DNA of 64,000 nucleotides from a virus (taxonomy: Duplodnaviria > Caudoviricetes), in the IMG/VR virus record IMGVR_UViG_3300033067_001757, positions 123,244 to 187,243 of that record, one strand, 5' to 3'. The position numbers were made by a program, and so were the translations under genes. The notes under the pieces were generated by a model. That model did no database searches and was not told the DNA's origin. It was given only the letters and a program-made list of their open reading frames with translations. This document shows positions 57,409-64,000 of this stretch, piece after piece (within the stretch, counting starts at the first letter, position 1; each line of letters opens with the position of its first letter).

Positions 57409-57626
57409 AACCATACGAATTTGATAAGATCGATTTCCCTATGCTGAAAGAACAGAAGATACATTTACTTGAAGTGATAGATATTGTAGAGAAGAGTAAT
57501 GTTGTATCACAGGATCAATATGACTCACTCACAGGTATCCTTCATCTCATAGACAGCATCCGGGACTACGCAGTAGACGAGCTTGGATATGACGAGAATG
57601 AAGTATTCAATTTAACTGAAGAATAA
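57405..57626 (+). CDS. small acidic protein
   Basis: 73-aa ORF. Confidence 0.65.
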   Translation: MKPYEFDKIDFPMLKEQKIHLLEVIDIVEKSNVVSQDQYDSLTGILHLIDSIRDYAVDELGYDENEVFNLTEE

Positions 57627-57640
57627 AAAACAATCATACA

Positions 57641-57820
57641 ATGCAAAACATAATAACATACGGACAGTATATCATCAGCATATCAGGATATGGTCTCGCT
57701 ATATACTATTATTTAGCGTACAAGCAGCAGAGCAAAGAAAGTGAACATCATCTTAAACTTGCAAACCTGATGCAGAAAATGTATAACAGGTTAAAGAACC
57801 GTACAAAAGTATTACCATGA
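57641..57820 (+). CDS. small membrane-anchored protein (59 aa, not in ORF track)
   Basis: Fills the gap; ATGA overlap with the next gene. Confidence 0.5.
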   Translation: MQNIITYGQYIISISGYGLAIYYYLAYKQQSKESEHHLKLANLMQKMYNRLKNRTKVLP

Positions 57821-58059
57821 AAAAGAAACAACTGTATATCGCACAAGTAAATCTTGCTGTAGTAATAGAAGAAGGTCAAGCTGTTGAAGACGCAGTACAC
57901 GCCATGCTATCTGAGAATCTTGAGATGAGTGGTGCTCTACTGGATTGGGGATATGTTGGAGATCGTATATCGTTGTATAAGATCAACGATGACTTCGATG
58001 AATCTCAATATGGTGAAGGTGACTTCCTGGAACATGTAACAGATAATTTTGAAATATGA
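57817..58059 (+). CDS. small acidic protein
   Basis: 80-aa ORF. Confidence 0.6.
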   Translation: MKKKQLYIAQVNLAVVIEEGQAVEDAVHAMLSENLEMSGALLDWGYVGDRISLYKINDDFDESQYGEGDFLEHVTDNFEI

Positions 58060-58358
58060 AAAAGAAAAAAGGTAATTACATCACTGAGATACTTTGTCAT
58101 GATGTGTCTTGGTGGGTTGACGTTGATTCAGTTACTGAACTGGATGATTGTTCTATTGAGCATATCGAACAATGTATTACAGACGGCTGTAGGCAAGGTG
58201 ATCTGAATGTATCTTATGGAAAGAACATGCAGAAAGAAGCAACTGGATGGTGGTATATTATTAACTGGAAAGACATTGCTCTTGAGTTGAGAAACACTTA
58301 TCAAAATGGAGCTATTGAGACAGCGGTCAGACGCTTTGATGATGAGTGGACGTTTTAA
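58056..58358 (+). CDS. hypothetical protein
   Basis: 100-aa ORF. Confidence 0.6.
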   Translation: MKKKKGNYITEILCHDVSWWVDVDSVTELDDCSIEHIEQCITDGCRQGDLNVSYGKNMQKEATGWWYIINWKDIALELRNTYQNGAIETAVRRFDDEWTF

Positions 58359-58376
58359 TCATTCAAAATAAAGGTC

Positions 58377-58790
58377 ATGAAAACAAAGTTTAAGATCGTC
58401 ATCTATGATGAGATATATTACTGGTCAGATGATATCAAAAAAGTATGCTCCAATATCTTTACGGTATACTTGTATGATAAGTCTGTGATAACGCATTGCT
58501 GTGAGATCACTCCGTCATATGAGTTACATCCTCTATATTACGTACCAGTATTCAAAAATGGTGAATGTTGTAATCATCCGGACAACATGGATTGGGTGGA
58601 GATTATCGACAGAGAGTTTATTAATGAACAGATAATCTATGTCCATTGCAGCGATGTGGAAAGGAATACCAGCGGTAAAAATATAAACATCTCCTATCTG
58701 AATAAATCTGTTAAGAACAGAGATAGCGACAGGTATCAGGATGTATTAACTGAGGCGTGTGACTATCTTAATTGTAATCATGTTTACTGA
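58377..58790 (+). CDS. hypothetical protein
   Basis: Motif start; THCCEITPSY. Confidence 0.7.
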   Translation: MKTKFKIVIYDEIYYWSDDIKKVCSNIFTVYLYDKSVITHCCEITPSYELHPLYYVPVFKNGECCNHPDNMDWVEIIDREFINEQIIYVHCSDVERNTSGKNINISYLNKSVKNRDSDRYQDVLTEACDYLNCNHVY

Positions 58791-58836
58791 GTAGCCTCTT
58801 GTGCTTCAGTAAAAACAAACATATTGAATTAATCAT

Positions 58837-58861
58837 AGCCGTGTTTCCGATACGGCTTTTT
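58837..58861 (+). terminator. intrinsic terminator
   Basis: AGCCGTGT-TTCCG-ATACGGCT followed by TTTT. Confidence 0.65.
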
Positions 58862-58900
58862 ATATTTACATTACAAAAACTTTAAAAACAAATAAAGGTT

Positions 58901-59428
58901 ATGTCAAACAGAAATTACAACCTCTCACTCACAGCCAAAGCTGAATGGGGTGGACAGGAAATAGAATTATCATTCGATCCATACAACGACTGTACAGATA
59001 TGGATGGACTTAGGGAATTGGCTGTTGATGAGTTTGATCCTCTTGAACCCGAAGATGAAGATGGTGAACCCACGGTTCCGGATGCAGATGATATCAATAT
59101 AACCATCACCGACTACGACGAGGTACCATCCTCATATGCGAATGAAAAGGATGTGTGGGACTTCGCTGAAGCATTTGCTGAATGTGAGCAAACGATAGAA
59201 GTGGTTGAAGCTGCTTTATATTGTGGGGTGTCTGCAGATGATATAGACGAAGCGTATCAGGGTGAGTATTCCAGTGATGAAGATTTTGCGCAGGAAACAG
59301 CCGAATCATTAGGAGCAATAGACAAAGATGCCAAATGGCCAATGAACTGTATCGACTGGGAGTATGCTGCTAAGGAACTGATGTATGATTACTCAGATCA
59401 TAACGGACATTATTTTAGGAACTTTTAA
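58901..59428 (+). CDS. ardA: ArdA-like antirestriction (DNA mimic) protein
   Basis: Very acidic; I.DYD, YQGEY.S.EDFA.E, IDWE..A.EL..DY, G..FR. Confidence 0.75.
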   Translation: MSNRNYNLSLTAKAEWGGQEIELSFDPYNDCTDMDGLRELAVDEFDPLEPEDEDGEPTVPDADDINITITDYDEVPSSYANEKDVWDFAEAFAECEQTIEVVEAALYCGVSADDIDEAYQGEYSSDEDFAQETAESLGAIDKDAKWPMNCIDWEYAAKELMYDYSDHNGHYFRNF

Positions 59429-59438
59429 ACAAATCATA

Positions 59439-60026
59439 ATGGAACAGACAAAATTCATAACAAAAGAAGAAGCGCTGAAAGATTCTAACAGCAATATCAA
59501 CCAGGACATCAAACGTAAGTTTGTAGATCGCGAGGTGATGGCTTGTGTGACTTCACTAGTCGAGTATGTACTCAGCAAAAGTCAGGAAGGAGACAGAGAT
59601 GCTCCATTCAGTATTGATGATGTGGAGAATTATTATACTTATCCAGAATATCATGGAGATTACACAGACTTTGATGGTGGTACAGAGGAAGAAAGAGATG
59701 CTGAGATTGAACGGTTAAAAGAATTATCAGAAAAAGAAAAGCTCGATGAATTTGGTGCAAGAGTAGACTTGATAGAAAATGATATTGCTGAACTGGAAGC
59801 ACTCGACAACGAGCCACAAGAAGTCTTTGAATGGTGGTTGGTGACTGACCGGTTCTATGAGAAGCTAAAGGCCCAAGGTGAGGTTGTAATAGACGATGGA
59901 TGGCTACATTACTATGGCAGATGCTGCAGCGGCCAGGCTATATTGCTTGATCATAACATCAGTGTCATAGCAGCCGATATGGGTATCTTGGATGGACAAG
60001 AACATAGCTGGGCTGACCGTAAATAA
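59439..60026 (+). CDS. conserved acidic phage protein (E.FEWW.V / GR...GQAI..D family)
   Basis: Start taken at MEQTK. Confidence 0.7.
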   Translation: MEQTKFITKEEALKDSNSNINQDIKRKFVDREVMACVTSLVEYVLSKSQEGDRDAPFSIDDVENYYTYPEYHGDYTDFDGGTEEERDAEIERLKELSEKEKLDEFGARVDLIENDIAELEALDNEPQEVFEWWLVTDRFYEKLKAQGEVVIDDGWLHYYGRCCSGQAILLDHNISVIAADMGILDGQEHSWADRK

Positions 60027-60046
60027 TCACATTAAAGCTATATAAA

Positions 60047-60448
60047 ATGAAAACGAAAATAGAACTGTTACAAGAAACAAATCCTGATCTAATACTATGC
60101 TTCAAGATAGGTCGCGGTGGAAGATTTAATAACGCAGGTCATTTATCATTCTATGGAGAGAATAAGATTAGTGAACCGATGTTCACCGATCCATTATTTC
60201 TTAATGAAGATGAGACAGAATATGTTGATAGCAATGGTAGGGAAGTCGGTTTGAGATTGGATAATGATGGTACCGGCATAATTGATATTGACGGCGATTA
60301 CGATACCACTTACGCAATACATGTTGCTGATTTGACAGAGAAGGAATTCGATGTAATCAAACAAAGAGGGAAAGGCTTCTTTGGATTATCAATGGATCAG
60401 TTTGATGCTATTGATTATTTTGAAGAAGAAGTAGATGAAGAAGAATAG
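60047..60448 (+). CDS. conserved acidic phage protein
   Basis: IGRGGRF.N.GH, DGDYDT.Y. Confidence 0.7.
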   Translation: MKTKIELLQETNPDLILCFKIGRGGRFNNAGHLSFYGENKISEPMFTDPLFLNEDETEYVDSNGREVGLRLDNDGTGIIDIDGDYDTTYAIHVADLTEKEFDVIKQRGKGFFGLSMDQFDAIDYFEEEVDEEE

Positions 60449-60531
60449 GGTAAGATTGCTCCTACCCTATATTGAAAGCAAATCACAATGTGAATTGAGA
60501 GCGCAATATAACTAAAAAACAAATAAAGGTC

Positions 60532-60771
60532 ATGAGTAAAAAAGAATTAATTGGTAAGATCTTCGTGATCAACCATACCAAATCAAGCAACGTGACGGCT
60601 ATGAAGCCTTATCCGATCATCGGTTGTACAACGATAAAAGAAGCCAACCGTGTAAACAAAATCCTCAACAGTCAGAGTCCAAACAGTAAATTTGAGGTAT
60701 CTACGATCAGTTGTTTCGAAGCTTTAAGTCCACAGACATTGGGTAAGCTGATAGCTGATCAGGTCTTTTAA
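60532..60771 (+). CDS. hypothetical protein
   Basis: Motif start. Confidence 0.65.
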   Translation: MSKKELIGKIFVINHTKSSNVTAMKPYPIIGCTTIKEANRVNKILNSQSPNSKFEVSTISCFEALSPQTLGKLIADQVF

Positions 60772-60784
60772 AATATTAAAACAT

Positions 60785-61078
60785 ATGGAAACGAAATACA
60801 CAGACGGTACCTGGTATGCTAAACAGTACACACATGATTGGTATGTAGCATCTGATTCAGGTAGAAGTAATGACATAGCACTTGTCAGAGGTTCAGATGA
60901 AGAAGCCAAACACAATGCTTTGCTTATAGCAACGGCTAAAAATATGTATGAGACACTCGACGAATCTACTAATAGAATCCAGTATTGTCTTAATATATAT
61001 GATCTACCACCGGAAGTAGAAGAAATTCTCAATCGTGAACTTATCGCTATGACGCGAGCAATGCCAAATTTTGATTAA
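60785..61078 (+). CDS. hypothetical protein (T.G.W / NA.LIA family)
   Basis: Common phage accessory motif. Confidence 0.65.
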   Translation: METKYTDGTWYAKQYTHDWYVASDSGRSNDIALVRGSDEEAKHNALLIATAKNMYETLDESTNRIQYCLNIYDLPPEVEEILNRELIAMTRAMPNFD

Positions 61079-61096
61079 CAATTAAAACATACAACA

Positions 61097-61456
61097 ATGA
61101 GCACACTAACAAAAGAAAACAAGATAGCAATTCTTGAAGCATTATTAGCCACTGTACAACTTGATCATCCTGAGTTTCAGGAAGAAAATAGTACCACATG
61201 GGACATGATCGAGAGTGGAAAATTATTTATTCAGGAACTTGAATCAGACGATGATATCGAAGCATTTGGATTCGCTATATGTGATGTCATAGATTATGCT
61301 GAGAATAATCTATTTGATAGCCCCATAGAAATAACCAGAGAAGAAGCAATTCAAATACTCGATCGTATGCGGTGCAAGGCTGATATATCAATTGGTGTAT
61401 CATGGGAAACACTGGAGTATTTTATAAGAGAGTTTCTGGAAAACAAGAATGGTTAA
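61097..61456 (+). CDS. acidic hypothetical protein
   Basis: 119-aa ORF. Confidence 0.65.
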   Translation: MSTLTKENKIAILEALLATVQLDHPEFQEENSTTWDMIESGKLFIQELESDDDIEAFGFAICDVIDYAENNLFDSPIEITREEAIQILDRMRCKADISIGVSWETLEYFIREFLENKNG

Positions 61457-61530
61457 CAAAAAATTAACACAGATACAGAGAGCTTATTATACAAGTTCTC
61501 TAATTTCGTACACAACATAAAATAAAGGTC

Positions 61531-61785
61531 ATGAAAAATAAACATATCGTTCTTATAGAACGTAAAACAGATTTCGATTCTCCTGTCATCGCAGCGATCA
61601 CTACAGGCCCCGGACAAACAGAAAGAATTACAACAGCGCTATCAGAACACTTTGATTGTGGTGTTACAAAGCTGAAAGTGAAGATAGACAAGTCATCACA
61701 AATGGGTAATGGTTCTTTTGAAATGGAAGATGATGACAACTACCCACCAATAGAATTCGACATCTATCCGATATGGATTTACTAA
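61531..61785 (+). CDS. hypothetical protein
   Basis: Motif start. Confidence 0.65.
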   Translation: MKNKHIVLIERKTDFDSPVIAAITTGPGQTERITTALSEHFDCGVTKLKVKIDKSSQMGNGSFEMEDDDNYPPIEFDIYPIWIY

Positions 61786-61816
61786 ATAAGTTTTGGGTTA
61801 ATAATAATTGATACAC

Positions 61817-61852
61817 ACCGGTGCCGGTTTCGTCCGGCTGCTGGTCTTTTTT
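61817..61852 (+). terminator. intrinsic terminator
   Basis: ACCGGT-GCCGG-TTTCGT-CCGGC-T-GCTGGT-C followed by T6. Confidence 0.7.
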
Positions 61853-61881
61853 AATTTATGACAGTTTAAAAAACATTTTAT

Positions 61882-62256
61882 ATGAAAGTTTGGTTGATAC
61901 AAGAAGAACAAGTTTCTCCCGAAGATGGTCCTCTTTACTGGACAAACCGTAATGGTTGGATAGATGCGCAGGATGAGGCTGATACATTCTCAGATGAAGC
62001 GCAGAAACATACACAATTACCCATCGGTGGAATATGGGTAAAAGAAAATCGTCAATGGTCCGTTGTAAAAAAAGATGCTATTGAATCTATGTTGATAGAT
62101 ATGTGGGCGTCTATAGGTATGGGCATACCTGAAAACTATGAAGACCTCGTGCAGGATTGTTACGAAGATGTCTGTTCATGTGCTGATCCCGAAAACTGGC
62201 ACAGTGGAGATGTCGCTATCGCATTCAGGAGATGGATTGAAGATCAAACTAAATAA
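61882..62256 (+). CDS. hypothetical protein
   Basis: 124-aa ORF. Confidence 0.65.
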   Translation: MKVWLIQEEQVSPEDGPLYWTNRNGWIDAQDEADTFSDEAQKHTQLPIGGIWVKENRQWSVVKKDAIESMLIDMWASIGMGIPENYEDLVQDCYEDVCSCADPENWHSGDVAIAFRRWIEDQTK

Positions 62257-62263
62257 ACATACA

Positions 62264-62476
62264 ATGAACCGTAACTGGATAGCGAGATACTATAATTGGG
62301 CAGATGATATCATCGGAGAAGCAAAAGATGATATTAAGATCAGAGAACAACAATTAAGACAAGACATGATGCTGATTACATCAGAAAGAGACCTACTACG
62401 TATACAGATAGATTCACGCAGGAGTATCATCAGAACACTCGAATCATATATGTCAAGCCCTCTTGTAATTCCATAA
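62264..62476 (+). CDS. small hypothetical protein
   Basis: Start taken at MNRNW. Confidence 0.5.
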   Translation: MNRNWIARYYNWADDIIGEAKDDIKIREQQLRQDMMLITSERDLLRIQIDSRRSIIRTLESYMSSPLVIP

Positions 62477-62551
62477 AAATGATGTCCCTGAGAATAATAA
62501 TTGGATGAAAGCAAGTCAGCATAATGTAAAACAACGCTAAAAAGTTCACAG

Positions 62552-62813
62552 ATGAATACGAACACGACGATTCAATACGATGGGATATCCTACCCCCTGC
62601 AGGCAGTTTAAAGAATTAAACAACCGGGAATATCTCATATGTCCAGATTCATTAGCCAGCGCTATCTTTGATGATGAAAAAGGATGGTTCCGTGATAACC
62701 AGGCCCTCGAAATTAACGATAAGATACTGTATACGGTACCGGACGATATTATCGGGGAAGATTTTAAAACCTTAATGCTTTACATAGTAAATGATACAGA
62801 AGCGGAAGCCTAA
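62552..62813 (+). pseudogene. paralogue of 55012-55497 with a +1 frameshift in a C5 run
   Basis: MNTNTTIQYDGISYP in one frame continues as CRQF..YLICPDSL..EINDKILYTVPDDI in the +1 frame. Confidence 0.55.
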
Positions 62814-63171
62814 TGCAAAACTGGAAGAACAATATAAGAAGTGTGGGTCCCGTTGTATATATTGTACAACAGAGTTCCCGTTCGAAGATATCACAATCGA
62901 TCATTTCCTGGCCATAGAACTTGGTGGAAAGAACATGAAGAATAAGGTTTTCAGTTGCCAGAAGTGTAATACCCTTAAAGGTCATAAAACGATAGATGAG
63001 TTCAGAGAAAATAGTTTTGTTAAAATAAATCACATACTATACCTTGTGGCTCATAAACAAAACTGGCACATAAGTGTCAAACAATTAGAAAAGATCCGTC
63101 GTCTTGTATCCATATTGAAAACCACCAGGAGAATAATAGAGAACAACTATAAGCCTGAATACGTCTTGTAG
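62791..63171 (+). CDS. HNH endonuclease
   Basis: C.YC...TIDH...GG.N..N...SC.KCN..KG. Confidence 0.85.
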   Translation: MIQKRKPNAKLEEQYKKCGSRCIYCTTEFPFEDITIDHFLAIELGGKNMKNKVFSCQKCNTLKGHKTIDEFRENSFVKINHILYLVAHKQNWHISVKQLEKIRRLVSILKTTRRIIENNYKPEYVL

Positions 63172-63263
63172 ACAGTTGCTAATTCTTATCCAATATTTAT
63201 TTATATGAATGTGTCAGAATGTTATAACCCCCTTATAACCGTTCGTATTTAAATATTATTGAA

Positions 63264-63767
63264 ATGAAAAACATTTGGGTTTTAATGATAAGCCTGATAT
63301 TGTCAGTATCAGGTAAGTCGCAGTCGACATCTTGTATTTATGTAAATGGTATTGGTGGCTATAGTACCAAAGGGAACATCGTGGGTATATCTGTAGGGTA
63401 CTACCGAGGATATCTCATTGAGTTCTCTGGTTATGCCAATCCTAATTCACTGGGAGCAAATCGTGATGACACAAAGAGTCCGTTCTTATTGATGGTAAGA
63501 GGTGGGTATGGATTGAAGTTAACAGACTCGTGGACTGTAGCTACATTAGCCGGAGTTTGCAGATATTATATTCAGGTAGTAGATTATAACGATATTCATC
63601 ATGATCTGATATGGCAAAAGAAACTGTTACCAGTATTCTCACCAAGGATAATGTACACCTTACCAGAAGATAATATTAGGTGTTTCAAAGCATATGTCGG
63701 TGTAACCTGTATGAAGTATTCACCAGCAATAGAGATCGGATTCACAATAGACTTAGATCCGAATTAA
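63264..63767 (+). CDS. secreted protein, outer-membrane beta-barrel-like
   Basis: Signal peptide MKNIWVLMISLILSVSGKSQ; alternating Gly/aromatic strands. Confidence 0.55.
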   Translation: MKNIWVLMISLILSVSGKSQSTSCIYVNGIGGYSTKGNIVGISVGYYRGYLIEFSGYANPNSLGANRDDTKSPFLLMVRGGYGLKLTDSWTVATLAGVCRYYIQVVDYNDIHHDLIWQKKLLPVFSPRIMYTLPEDNIRCFKAYVGVTCMKYSPAIEIGFTIDLDPN

Positions 63768-63829
63768 ACAAACAATAAAGGTCATGCGTGTTATCTTCTT
63801 GCTGCGGTTAATTAAAAAGAAACTTAAAT

Positions 63830-64000
63830 ATGAAAGTATTAATAACACACGAAGAAAGTCAAACGGTAATGGAAGCATTTTTGAACGCTGGACACGATGC
63901 GTATAGTTGCGACCTATTGCCAACAAGTGGAAAATATCCCGAAAGGCATTTACAAATGGATTGCTTTGAAGCCATAAAATTAATTGAGCCTGATTTTTTA
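63830..64000 (+). CDS. phage DNA cytosine-methyltransferase-like protein (5' part, runs off the window)
   Basis: MKVLITHEESQTVMEAF..GHDAYSCDL....G..PE.H.Q.D. Confidence 0.65.
   Translation, partial: MKVLITHEESQTVMEAFLNAGHDAYSCDLLPTSGKYPERHLQMDCFEAIKLIEPDFL

Noticed and set aside
55478-61099. Additional ACAACAAT matches before ATGs at 55484 and 61097
   Set aside because: No flanking stem; explained by A/C-rich start contexts.
1-64000. Stop-codon reassignment
   Set aside because: Coding density is high under the standard code, and TAA, TAG and TGA all end genes at sensible boundaries.

Overview
This window is part of a large lytic dsDNA myophage genome. The host is most likely a Bacteroidota species, inferred from TTTG-N20-TAnnTTTG promoters, A-rich start contexts without a canonical Shine-Dalgarno, and a lipobox lipoprotein. 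Positions 1-22.4 kb (minus strand) hold a late tail/baseplate module: gp25- and gp6-like wedge proteins, a gp7-like large wedge protein, a gp5-like hub with a lysozyme-fold domain, an S74-chaperone fibre and a glycoside hydrolase. It also holds a gp55-like sigma factor, an HD hydrolase and a GIY-YIG homing endonuclease. Positions 22.7-30.3 kb (plus strand) hold nuclease, nucleotidyltransferase, SLOG, glycosyltransferase and cREC genes. Positions 31.3-64 kb form one co-oriented early region of about 80 small ORFs, including ArdA-like, small-alarmone-hydrolase-like, DUF6745-like repeat, HNH and methyltransferase-like genes. The most striking element heads that early region. A host-type promoter is followed by a 193-aa orphan ORF flanked by four RNA hairpins with different stems but the same 10-nt loop (YACAACAAUW). 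After it come an ORF-free, densely base-paired RNA candidate of about 1 kb and an ATG-TAA minigene fused to a terminator. The next 30 kb of genes are interrupted by intrinsic terminators with no visible promoter after them. My best hypothesis is an undescribed protein + large-RNA antitermination or regulatory system. All family assignments come from motif recognition by eye, not from database searches.
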